The translations under genes and the position numbers were made by a program. 64,000 bases of DNA, from positions 9,672,001 through 9,736,000 of the forward strand of contig NC_134025.1 in NCBI RefSeq assembly GCF_964204645.1, given 5' to 3'. Origin of the DNA: Tubulanus polymorphus. Its lineage: Eukaryota > Animalia > Nemertea. Below are positions 35,540 to 48,300 of the stretch, piece after piece. Numbering within the stretch: the first letter of the stretch is position 1; every line of letters begins with the position of its first letter. The notes under the pieces were generated by a model. That model made no database searches. It saw only the letters and a list, made by a program, of their open reading frames with translations, and was not told the origin of the DNA.

Positions 35540-36988
35540 CCTCGCGAGACTCGATTCTAGTTTTCAATTGTCGATTCTACAAAAAAACAAAAATACACGG
35601 GTTTCTATAACCTTAATCGCATATTATCATATATATCGCTAAAATTCAGTTTCCTGGAAGCGGATCGCGAGGTAACCATGGCAACGAAACGTTTCCTTCC
35701 CATGACATGTTTCTACCATACAGAAAAAGAAGGCCTTCAACATATGACGCCATAAACGTGTTGTCTGGATACCTATTAATAAACCCACTGAACTGTAATA
35801 ACTTTTCTTCAATTTCTCTTCGTCGTCTGATAAATTCATATAAATAAACTGAATTAATTCCCGCTGAATTAGAAAATGTTCGCGCTATCCTACATTGCTT
35901 AACATTGTATTACACCAGTATTAAAAAATACAACGATAATGATACAGAATCAAAGAAGTCGAATAGATCTCGACCTATTTCAACTGCCGTTGATCGACAT
36001 AAAATCAATCACTAACCTAGCAGCATCCGCATATCATCACTCGTAACCTGATATTGACACGATGCAGCTATACATAAAGCCGAGACATTACAATGAACAC
36101 CCGCAGTTCAGAAATAACTGATCGGCATTATTCAGAGCAAACTAGGGGATGTTTATTGCTCGATAAAATGGTTAAAATCCGTCCTATACAAAACTCATGA
36201 TAATCGATAGATGACACGGATAATATCCACAAATAATCGAATTATAGCTCACTTCAATAAACAACGTGATGAATGCTACCTTCGTTCCAATTAGCGATTA
36301 GCGTAACAAGTACATCCCATCTGTCGGTGTAAGCCGTATTTTTACGACGGCACCGGCATCAATAAGCGACATAGAAACACCGCAGTTAATAAGAGAGTTC
36401 ACGCGCTTTCAACAGCATCCATTGTCAAACCGGTTCGCGAGCAAATGAGCGAACGCTTGATGGAATGGTTTCTCGTTGCGTCTTGCTAGTTTTTATTGAG
36501 AGCAGCACACATATCAAATGAATCGATACACACTCACTCACATCATCGCGATGAATGCAGTTATGATAATATTACCTTTCATTGATCTTTCAAAATATAA
36601 CTGCTCATTTACACGACTTGTCGATCAACGATATTAATAACCGACACGCAGGGGTTCGACTGTGATGAATATCATTAAATCTGTTACATACAATCACAGC
36701 GACAAATCGCTGTCAAGAGCAAGGTTAATCAAGGAACAAGTGGGTCTGTGGATACAGGAAAAATAACCATGACTGGTATTGCGTGCATTTAAAAAAGTTG
36801 CCTATTCATGATTTGAATGTATATTTTTCCATTAAGTTATAAATTGTTTACATTGTTTTCCTTATAATACAATAAATCAATGTTTATCAAATGTTTCAAT
36901 ATTTTGGACATTTTTACAGGTGCTTTTCTTCAGTTATCATTTCCTAAGAATATAGGCCTACCTAGCAACAAGCCCAACAACTCTAATC

Positions 36989-37209
36989 GGGGGCAGATCC
37001 TGGCTGGAAGGTTCGCCTTATATGAAAAGGGTCCTTTTGTAATCAGGGGGGATGGGTACTGCATTTTAAAAATTTACCGTAGGTAATTTTTATGCAACTT
37101 TAGCGCGTATTAGATCAGATCAGTACAGGGGATTAAAAGAAGCCTATATTTTCAAAAGTCACTTGCCCAGAAGAGGGGGAGGGGGTTCGAAACTCTGGAT
37201 CTAGCACTG
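36989..37209. mobile_element. Degenerate MITE of the CAGGGGCGGATCCAG-terminus type
   Basis: ggggcagatcctgg ... ctggatctagcactg termini; same terminal family as 38757 and 40122-40137. Confidence 0.45.
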
Positions 37210-37669
37210 CTTAAGCAGGAAAATATGTTCACTATCAATCACCATCAATGGTCTCTAAGATTCAAGTCTAACTCATAACTACGGAACAATTCACAAGGGT
37301 CAGATTGATTTCTGGAATTTCACATTTTCCACATATTTCCATATTTTTCACCGTACATTCATTTCACGTGAGTCAATGTACAATTACATAATAGTGGCTA
37401 CTGATCATAATCTGGAACAGATTAGAACAAAATTTCTTAAACATTTATGCAGCTTGTGCATAAATTCTGAGATCAATAAAAAGGGGATCAGAATATTTCT
37501 AGACATGAATTTTCTTGAACTTTTCACACATATTTATTATTCTAATGATTTTTCACAGAAGTTTTTACATTTTTCAAACAATTATAATATCAATCTTCAT
37601 AATTTTTCATTATCAATGATAATACCCCTTAATTAGGTAAATTGGACCAGTATTTTGCATTCCACTTAC

Positions 37670-37743
37670 CAGCACATCTGACGATGCCTTTCTTACGGAG
37701 CGTTTGGTCAAGTAGCCTGTTGTATTTTTTCGTCACAGCACCT
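37670..37743 (-). other. Candidate non-coding 5' UTR exon of nesprin
   Basis: Acceptor tcattcctccag and donor CTG|gtaagt; could splice to the 35576 acceptor. Confidence 0.4.
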
Positions 37744-38756
37744 CTGGAGGAATGATATATATTGTAATGTATATACACAAGACAGTAGTCAATTCATTTC
37801 AATAAGTGAAATATGAGATTCGAACACTAGTCATTACGCGAATACACTCCGATATTTAAACAATCCAAATGGGCAAACAAACTGATAGTACAATACAATT
37901 AATAGCGTCTTGATCTCATGTTCATATTGGATTAAGCAAATACGAAAACAGGGCATTTGAGATTTTTGATAGAAAGTGAATTAGTAAATATGCCAAAAAT
38001 GGCATTAACCATAAAGTGGTGGTATATAAATAGGCATTTTTACAAACTGTAAACCGGTACAATAATAGGTCATCACTCAACTAACCCAGAGGGACCCTTG
38101 CATGGGTGGACCCGAGGGCTGGATTGAGGAGCAAGATCTGAAGGTCTAACCAAAATCTATTTGACCAGGGCATTCAGTTCTGGCAGTGACTACTCCAGAA
38201 CTTTAGACCAAGTTGTGCCTTTCTTCACTTGACTGTGTAATTTTCAGGATCTTATTTCTAACGAAGTCACTTTTTGACAAAGCACCTTCAAAAAAATTAA
38301 TGAAACACCTTAAAAGTCTTGAGGAAGAACCTTTTGCATTTTCTTTTTAAATCATTATATATTGAATTAATATTCAAATTATTGAGCATTTTTTCTTGTG
38401 CACTTAGAATGTAAAGGGGAGCCACTGGAGATTTTAAAAATTGGCAGAAGCAAAACCCTTTAGGCCTATATCCAAAAGCTTTATTCGCTATTTCCAATGA
38501 CAATGGCCTTTTAAATTTGGATTTTGGACTATCAATTAGGCAAGCAACTCGCCTCATTGCCATCATGTGCAAAAGAGCAGGAGTGCTCATAGTCTGAACT
38601 CGTCAGTACAGGATGGTTAAGAAAATGCCAAGCATCTCACCATCTCAGACTCAGTCTCCGCCCATCCAACAAGGCAAGGGTTGTGCTCTTGCCACAATTT
38701 TCGATGCCCTTCCTTGGAAATGGCAATTTTTGCTTTATATTTCTATGCCGCAACAT

Positions 38757-39023
38757 CAGGCGTGGATCCAGAGGGGGGTTTCAGGGTTCGTGAACCCCCT
38801 GCTACCAAAAAATTTTTTAATCATTCTCTTGAAGGAATGTAAGTAAGCTTACTCAACACAATGCGGGCTAACATAATACTACATAATCAGTACTAGGCCT
38901 ATATCATCTTATGTTTGGCCAAACAATATGTCGTATAGGCCCCCTATCAGAGAATTTAGTCGGTGGTTTAACATTAACATTCTTTTGAACCCCCTCCTGG
39001 AAAGATTCCTGGATCCGCGCTTG
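38757..39023. mobile_element. MITE with terminal inverted repeats
   Basis: caggcgtggatccag ... ctggatccgcgcttg, with subterminal gagggggg/gaacccccc tracts. Confidence 0.65.
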
Positions 39024-39439
39024 AGCACCAAGATCCAAATGCCTGTTGCAATCACACTGGTTCACTGCCAGGACCACTGAAATTTTCCAGATCCCCCTGG
39101 GCCGGGCAGGGTTGGCTGGCCTGACACTCGCTTGGCACTTTTTTGCCCTGCTTTTTAACACAGCCACAGTGTGTGTAGTAATCGCTATATGCCCTTTTCT
39201 GGCATTTCTTTCTGGTCTCAAAAATGCCCTTGTTGGCCTATGGAATGGATCCGCTTTTTTATCCGATTTTAAGTGCCCTTCGAAATTTCACTGGCAATAT
39301 TTTTGACGGCATTATTTCAGCAACCGCTAATTCTGTGTCCGGAATCCGGGCATAATCATAAGATTAATTGGTAAATACTGCTGCTGAGAAAGTGAGGAGA
39401 GATAATCATATTTGATATTAGGCCTCTAATCATGATAAA

Positions 39440-39812
39440 TTATAAAGGGCACATTCCTTTTTCAAGGGGCACTCATGCTTTAGATGAGGGCACCTTGTCC
39501 TTGCCTTTTCAGGGAGGGCTAAAGGGGCACTCGTACTTAAGAAGAGGGCACTATACAAGGAGAATGTTGAAGAAAAGGGCACTTTGCCTTTTCAAGGGGC
39601 ACGCTCAGGCTTTAATTTGTGGTGAATGCTGAAGAAAAAGGAACTTTTTTGCCTAATTTTTAAAATTTTAGGGGCACTTTTGGTTTGGCACACGACATAC
39701 GGATAAATGTGAAGACGAGGCAATTTTTGCCGATTGTTAACAATGAAGGGGCACTTAGCCGTATTCTGTATGATTGTTAAGGGGCACTTTCAAAGATCAT
39801 AGGGGCACTAGG
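39440..39812 (+). repeat. Dispersed array of 11 GGGCAC motifs (probably subterminal repeats of a non-autonomous DNA transposon)
   Basis: Eleven same-orientation copies counted; opposite-orientation tgccct/gtgccc copies at ~39145-39280. Confidence 0.7.
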
Positions 39813-40739
39813 GAAAATATAAAAAACAATGCCAGTGTTTTTCATGGGTGCCTTCTGAGAAATTCATTGTTGATCTTGAAGTTGGCGACAACCATTCTTT
39901 CATGGGTTCGCCAGCTTCATTTTTATCCCCATCTGTTGAAATCTTGTCTCGGATTCATTTATTCTGGATTGCTCTGATAGTCTCTAGAAGCCCTCTCAAA
40001 GCCTTTAAATGGTACCATATTTTCAAAATTTTCTAGGGGTGGGCCCCTAGACCCCCCCCAAGGACTTCTCTTGCCCTTCATTCAATTTCCTTCCAATACT
40101 GTCTACCCTAGTACCCATCCCCCTGGATCTGCCCCTGACTAATTACACACCATTCGCCCACACCAGAGGCTACTAAATAATACCATTCGTCAAAGGACAG
40201 GATAAACGCTGTCCGCACGTGTGTGACAGTGACCATTTCAATTTCGGGAACATAAATGTGGAAAGACGGCTCTTTCAAAACGAATTTACCTAGGCCTACG
40301 CAGTCCCAATTATACACAATTGCATATGCTCGGAGCCACCCTCTAATGTACGATAAGCGCCACCACTCGGGTTTTGTTCGAACTAACAATGATAGCTGGT
40401 TTGTGATGACAGTACTGAATGAAGATGGGGAATGATGAAGGTATTCACGATTAAACGGTTCTCGCTTTGATTTAATATTTCTAGTACTTTAAACTGGCTC
40501 ACCATCATTGTGCAAAAATAGGGGCTCGTCAGAAAAAGATCCAAGGCCTGCATCCTTTCCAAAATTATTTGTTTCCAATCCATTTGATTTCTTCAATCAT
40601 GATGACTTCCTAATGATTGACTGTCAGTTTTGTCTTCTTACTCTTCTCTTGTCCATCCAAAGATGATTTCAATTCATTTTCAATTTCAGACTACGCTACT
40701 GAGCTGAAGTATTTCTCTCATTAAACGTCACAGCAAATA

Positions 40740-42637
40740 ATGTCATTCATGTTTTCGTTAAGAAGAGCCGTTGGTCGCGCCATTCACCAGTCCGACGCCA
40801 GACGCGATAATGGATCTGTGCAGCGAGCTAGCGGATCCGGATTCAAGTTTGGATCGTGGCGGTCTACGGACGACATGATCGATGACTTTCACAGAGCTGT
40901 TAAAAATAACGATTTCAATTTAGTGAGTATAAGGGGGTCGATTAGGGGTATGCACAAAAGCTGCAATGTCTTAGTGGGAAAAGAACCTTAAGTTTTCTCC
41001 ATGAGTCCATTGCATAAAAATCTGTTTTGATGAAGTTTTGCTGAAGTGCTGAAGATAGTTCCTTTTGCAAATTTTCTGTGAGATGACAATGCAGGGCCCC
41101 TCGTCTGAAGCACCTTGAATAATAAAATGCCCTTTATTCAGGCCGATACCTTTTTTGGCCACAGGCATTGGGAGTCGAAATCATTCCTTAGGCTACTCAA
41201 AGCTTGGTAGTTTCTCAATGCCTTGATTGCTAGATAATTACGGAAAAGTGTAGAAAATAAAAAAACATGATTGACTAAGTCATTGTATTGAATCGTTTCT
41301 ATTTTTTAATCCAAGTTTGCATTTCTGATTCAATTTGCTAAGTGTAAGGCATTATTTGGATAAGTCATTGACAAAATGATGGTCCCGACTGTGCGTTCAA
41401 CTGTATTATACATAGTTCAACCTTTTTTCTGCAGGTGGAGCAGCTGTTGGAATATGGTTGCGAAATCGACTGCGTACGTCCATGCGGTAAGGCGACTGCT
41501 TTGATGATCGCGATTAGTGAATCGCTCACTGACATGGTGCAGTATCTACTGCGTAACGGCGCTGCTGTAAACGGCCAATACAGCGGTAGTTTTACGCCAT
41601 TGATGCTCGCGTGTCTGAAAGGCAATCAACTTTTCGTTCATTTACTCATATCGAGCGGCGCGAACGTAAACCTGCCCGACTCGACGAATCACACGCCGTT
41701 ATTGATCGCCAGCGAAAAAGGCTACGACGACCTCGTGAAACTGCTCGTCGAGCACGGCGCGAATATAAACCATCAATCGGGCACCGGGCTACCTCCTTTG
41801 AACCTCGCGTGGGATACAAATTTCCCGATTCGCGGTCACGGCACCGACGACCACGAAATCTACGATTTGTACAATCGCAACACGGCGCTGATGAAAGCCT
41901 GCCGCGAGAATCACCTAAACGTTGTCCAGGTACTTATAAACAAAGGCGCCAACCTTCAAATTACGTCCGAACTCGGCAATACGGCTTTGCTGATCGCGTG
42001 CAAGATGATAAACGCGTGCTTTTCGAGCGGCGCGTCAAGCCTACGCGAGAAATGCATCGATCACGGAGTTCACATCGTGGAGGAGTTACTCGCCGCCGGA
42101 GCAGTCGTTTCGACGAGCAACTGCTCCGGCGATACGCCGTACGCGATCGTCCTCAATCAAATTCGTGCCTTAGAAGATCTGATAGTCGACCCGGCGCGCA
42201 AGGTCTACATGCTCAAAAACTGCATCGTTGTTATGACCGATTTGATTAAAAATGGCAGCGCGTACTCGCACGGCCTCAACGGCGACAGCTTGTACAAGCT
42301 GTTGTTCGAGTGCTACCTGAGTTTGCAAGAACAGGACCGCGCGTTCCGTCACTGTTGGAAACCGTTATGCAAGTTGTACAAAACGCTCGCGTTGATCGGT
42401 TATCTGCCATCCGATTCGGATTTGAGATTTCTATCGTCGGGCGATTTGACGGACGGCTACAAGAATCCACTCATTACCTGGCTACGCAATCTGATGATAC
42501 ACGGTTACAGTTTGAAGCAGCTCGCACGAATCGAAATACGCAAAAGGCTCGCGTTGCCGTACGTGCAAAATCTGAAAGATAACAGTTTGAAGTTGTCCGT
42601 GTACCTGAAGGATTACATAGTAATGGACGCTACTTAA
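40740..42637 (+). CDS. Ankyrin repeat and SOCS box protein (ASB family), ~461 aa, two coding exons 40740-40922 and 41435-42637
   Basis: Ankyrin motifs (TALMIA, TPLMLAC, TPLLIAS, TALMKAC, GNTALLIAC) and a C-terminal SOCS box (SLKQLARIEIRKRL...LSVYLKDYI); phase-0 intron tta|gtgagt...gcag|gtg. A probable non-coding exon ends at 40440; AATAAA at 44377. Confidence 0.9.
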
Positions 42638-45138
42638 AGTTTAAGCCTGTAAGCTAAAATGCTGAGCTCAAATGAGAGCCGTGAATTATTGCTATCATAC
42701 TTTAATTATTATAAACCGAAGATGAAGATCTGAGTAATGTTTGGTTTTTATCCATATCACGATTTGCCGAACTTAACTCATATTTTAGGGAGTCTCACTA
42801 GACTGCAAATTTGGTTTTAGTTCAATATTCATATTCATTGTGCTAACTTAAATGTGCCAATTAAGAGCAGTCTGATTTGGCATTGTCTAAACATTGACCC
42901 ACAAGTGTGGATTTTAGTACTTGCAATTTCTATAAATGATTATTGGGCTGTTTAAGAATTTATTGATCTATTGCATTACATCCTTTACTAGGCTAGGATC
43001 ATATTTCCTTGGGGAAAAATTTCTTATTATTTGATGGAGAGCATTTTTAGGTTTAATCTGAATGTATGAATAGCACCAGCCTTAGATTTTGTTTTGTTAG
43101 TACGCATTTGTTCTTATACTCAAAGGAAGAAATCTCAAGAATTGAACACTGAATTAATATCTTTATCAGGTATTTGTTTTTCATCCCACCATATATCAAG
43201 AATTAGCAAATGATGTCAGGAAAGTGCTCTGACATAAATGGAAGCACCCTACATTTAGTCCAATAACGGGGAGTATCTTTGATTTAATGATGTTTACATG
43301 CAAAATCATTTGAATAATGTTCAAATTGAACTGTAGGCTTCTAGTAAATCCACCAGGCGATGTTCTTCATCATGCTGCAAGTTTAGAAATTAAGATGAAT
43401 CCAACATACGTCGATGCATTTTTGGATTTGATGTATTTATCAATTGCTTAATAGATGTTAAGTCATATTTATTTCAGTATTTACAGATGTTAGCTTGATA
43501 GAGCTGTATTATTTGACTAGTCAGTATTGGTGTTATATTTATCGGGGAAGGGAACATAGGATAATTCGGTAATAAAGGGCAGACAAATCCAGGTTAGAAC
43601 TGCATCGGGGCTGGGCATTTATAGTACTGTATTATAAGAAAATAGATGTTGGAAAATCTCTAAAGATATGCATTATGTTCTTAGCTCGACTAAAAAAAGG
43701 AGTTAAGCTCTGAAATACCGTTGGCCTTTCCTGAAAAGATGCCCTCCCATCACACAGCTTCTTAGAATCCAGTCTCTGGTATTATGATTTTGTTCGTTTA
43801 TGATTACCGTAATTGAAAAAGCAGGAATAACAAAAGCAAAATTTTTGAAGTAAGATGTTGCCATCGTTTCTGGAACTATCTTATCTCGATGCTTTCAGGC
43901 TTCAATGCTCTGGATCTACCAATGTTGTGTATTATTATGGGGATGCGTAGGTTTTTGTAACGTTTTTTTGGTTATAGGGTTATAATAGTCTATGGTATAA
44001 TCATGATTTATTTTTTTGCTTTAATCAGATTTTTTGTTTATCATAAAGCTATATTTATTTGTATCAGTTGGTGCTATCGTGTCACAAGATAAAATGCATT
44101 TTGGCAGCGGAACGGCCATAAATGTTTACTGGAGAATTTTCGTTGCTTGAAGGGTAGTTTCACCACAGCTTACTATTGCCCTTTGACAAGATTCAGGTAT
44201 ATTTATTCTGAATACCAGACAATCTTACTGGGTTTCGTTAGAAATAGAAAAATGGCTAGAGACTAAGGATTATTAGACAGGCTATTGGTCAACGTTATTT
44301 ATTTTGAAATGTACTGGTACATGATCATTGTAATTTTCACTTTTTGAAATGACTGGTAATAATCACACTCAATTTCAATAAATCTATTTCGGATTAGTCA
44401 AATGGCTGTTTTTCTGGTTAGAGAAAATGTATTTTAGATAATAGATATTGTAGTGGTGAAAGTATTTATGCTGTAAATTCTAGTCAGTAGTTATTAACCG
44501 ATGTATTTAGAAAGAATTGTTGTTTGAAGAGGTTTATTTTTATGGTGGAAATAAACTATTATTGTTGACGTCATTTAAAAAATGTTGAATTCATATTTGG
44601 GCGACGTATTTTTACTGGTCTGAGCCTGAGCAAAAAATTCTTTTGGCTGTTTTTGAAAATGCGGAATGATTGTGGGCAAATTGTTGTTGCTGTGATCATC
44701 ATTCGAGGATTTTTCATACACTTAAATCTTTTGAGTAATCATTTTATCAAATGATTACACCAAGCTGAAATGAACCAGCTCTGGCAATCGCTACCATTGC
44801 TTACTCCTGACACGTAGTTTATACGTCCATGCTCCTGATAAGACTGGTCGCCACTCTCCACTTACCCGGTAATTGTGTAAGATGTGAAACACATGTAGGC
44901 TACATGTATGCTTTAATATGACTGTTAAGAACTATGTGTTTTGACTTGGAATAAGTAAATTGCTAGAGCAGTTGCCAATGGGATTGGATCACCGTGCCAC
45001 TATGCTGGTAGAATAGCCAACCTAAGCCTGCCTCGCAATTGATCGATTCTGATTTCCTTGTATCACTTTGATTTTCAATTTGGATGCAGGGAACGATGGA
45101 TCTGAACGTTGTATTTTCAGAGGTGAGGATAAAAAATT

Positions 45139-45197
45139 TCAGTCCTTCGTGAAATCTTGAGTAATCATCAATTACTAAAGATTTCACGAAGGACTGA
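45139..45197. repeat. 59-nt near-perfect hairpin
   Basis: tcagtccttcgtgaaatctt / aagatttcacgaaggactga (20 bp perfect), one mismatch, agtaat/attact (6 bp), 5-nt loop. Confidence 0.9.
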
Positions 45198-45364
45198 TTA
45201 CTCTAAAGATGAAATTATGCAATAAGAATAATGATTACAAACAGATTATTTACAAACTTTATTTCATATACATGTACTTTACAATACAAAAAACATATAA
45301 TTTACTATCTCGATTGCATTGCTCCAATTCTTGGATGTGGAGGCATATCTGTGCATTTATTCGA

Positions 45365-48300
45365 CTATTTAGTAAGAGTGCTTCCCCTAAAACAGAAAAA
45401 ACGCACGTTAAAAATCAACATGTTAGGAAGAAAAATTCGACAAAATGAGAATAGGTTACTAAGTTTTGCTCACCCAGTCATTGTTTTAACACCACCTCCG
45501 CTCAGTACCAAATATGGAGTTTTTTCTTGACGTTGTTTGTCTTGCAGTAGAGTAGCAGTACCAAGAGGCGTATCAGTTGAACTCATCATTCTCATTAGCT
45601 GTAAACATAACGAAAACATATTAAACGGTGAAAAACAAGAGCTATTTTAGATATGCTATATATGAAAACACCCGCGATAACCAAATTTTATGTACAACCA
45701 CTGACATCATTGCCATTATAAAGAAAGAATATGATCTAGTTAGTAATCATCCCCCAGCAGGTACATGCACAACTTAGATGATAATCAATAGTCTACATGA
45801 AGTGGGATAGCTTCTTGAATATATTTTCAGTTTCCAAAATCCTACCTGTTCTTCTTCTCTCTTTTTCATCAGCTTCTCTGTCTTCTTCTTACCGGAACCT
45901 TTTCCGTGAAAGCGATACGACAGTTGTTTAAATGCTTCCTTTGGATTCAACTTGCGGCCCCCATCGTCGATATACTCCAGTTTCACATCTGGTCTGTAGC
46001 TGTCCTTCTCTTTGAAATCCATCAACATACCGCCGCCGTATCGGTGTTGCTTGTGTCTGTACTTTTCATCAATATCGCTGAAACCATTAGTAAGTAAAAA
46101 CATAACAACAAATACATAATACGGCACAAAAACGTATACAGTAAGTTTCGCCTAACTCAGACTTTTGACTAATTCTGACAAAAACGAACTCGTTTTTTGG
46201 TGATTTCTTACTTATCTATCCTAACTTAAACTTGGACTTTGCTTACCTCGGACCAATTTTACCCATCCCAGTTTGTCCGAGTTGGGTGAGGTTAACTGTA
46301 GTTGATAGTAGTCAGCCCACATTGTTTTACATTTCAGAAATATCCAAATTTGCTCTATCCCAATTATTGCATCAATAGCTCAAGTTATATGTATTGGAAC
46401 ATTGCAATTTTATCCTATTATATCCTGATAGTTACTCACTAGCTATAGAAAAGTATCGAATTGTGTGATAATCATTTCCACTTCGAACAATACTTACTCA
46501 TACTTTTTATCTTCAATTGAATAATGCTGCGCTTGGATTTTCCCCGCCAATTTATGGGTACCTGCCTTTTTCTCATCCGTCTCGATATAACCTGCAAAGA
46601 TTAAAATCTTAATTCAGCTTCACATAATTCACATAACACTACCTTTGTAAAAATTTTGTCATAAAGAACGAATTTTTACCTTTCTTTTGGGCCAAGAGTA
46701 GAGCACCAGCAATACCTTCATTCAAAGATGGTTCTTCATCTAAGACAGCAACATCTTCTCCTTCCTGTAAAAGGAGGTCTTTAAATAAGTTGCAATGCTA
46801 TATCAGAATCGTCGAAGTGGATACAGTGTTAAGTAAGCCGCCATCAAGTTTTTTTGTATTCTAATTCATTCAGCAGATCACCATATTCAGCAGATATTCT
46901 ACAGCAGGACAATAGTAATTTCCTCTGCCCATCCCCAAACAATTTTTCACAAGGCAAATTTTTTTTACTTACGGTAATGGTGACTGGTTTGTTTTCGACC
47001 TCGACTCTTAACCAGCCAGATTTCTGATCTTCTTCCTCTATCTCTTTTCGCCGACGTTCCTGCATAAGCTCTAACTCGTAATCCTAATCAATGACATCAT
47101 AATTAAATATTGATGTAAAACGATTGAAAGTTACTTCTTCCTTCAGGATTTCAAACTAGCACAATAAACTTACCAGGAGTTCATCGCGCTCTTCTTCTCG
47201 GTTTCCGGCGAGACCATAAGTCGGTATTTCACCGAGACTACGACAAAACTCTGACGTCGCATTTAGCATTATTGCAGCATTGTTAGAGGAATGCGCTTCA
47301 CTGTAGTCCATACTCTCTTTTTTTGAAAGAGAAGAGACTATCTTCTCAGCAATCTGTGAAAAAGTGAAATTCATAGATATAACATTGTTCATGAGAAACA
47401 TAAATGCATACATAACGAAAAGCCTCCAAAATATACTAAACTACCTTTTCTGGCTTTGCCTCTTCTTTTCTTCTTTTCAGTTTTCTTGCTTTGTTCAAAG
47501 CTAACTGAAGCTCTAGTTGGGCTTCATCTTCCTCAATAGCAACGTTAGTCAAGTCTCCCTCCGGACCAGATATATCACCTGATAGAACAGAAAAATATTA
47601 ATCTACAACAAAAGATGAGTTAGAACTCAATCATCTATGTCATATAGTGGAACCTCATTACAGCACACACCACTCACGCCGCACACACACCAAACAACAA
47701 TGTAAAATGATTTCTGATATAGGTAATTTTAAGTCATTTATCCTTGACGTAAGTTTTCTTTATCAAAATCCAGACCAGCTATCAAGATTTGTCTAAAAAT
47801 CTACATTGAAAAAGTCAAGATTTTTGAACGAGTATTAGCATGATAATTTACCATCATCATTGGGCTGTAATGATGGTATATCGATATCCATATCTTCCGG
47901 CAGATTTTCTTCCAATTCTCCTTCTTCAGTTTCTTTCTGTTGGCTGTCACAAAGAAGAAAACTTTTTTACAACAGGCGTTGATATTGACTTATGAGAAAT
48001 TGAAAGTTGTAGTTGTAGTTTAAGCATTCAGACTTTCACAGGACTGCACAGGATTCAAACGTTTAACTCTTATAGATACCAGGGTGAGCATCAACAGTAA
48101 TTCTAAGCCAAAAATTTCAATGAAAACCTACTGTTTTCCCCGAGCTCGCGAACCATGATCATCACCAGCAGATAATGGAATCAAATCAGCAGCCTTCAGC
48201 ATACCAGGTTTTTTCCTTATCTTTCGAGCCTTTTTCTTAACCTTTTTGAATTTGCTCTGCGATAGGAAGAATAACACAAATGTATATGACCAATTAGCCG

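Noticed and set aside
37674-37725. Second ctgacgatg motif as a hammerhead
   Set aside because: No stem II or GAAA follows.
41611-42249. 212-aa Arg-rich overlapping ORF in the ASB exon
   Set aside because: Alternative frame kept open by CG-rich codon usage; no independent evidence.
44963-45204. Possible extended last exon of SART1 (NQSFVK...)
   Set aside because: A better acceptor at 45387 gives GSTLTK*, which matches the known SART1 C-terminus.
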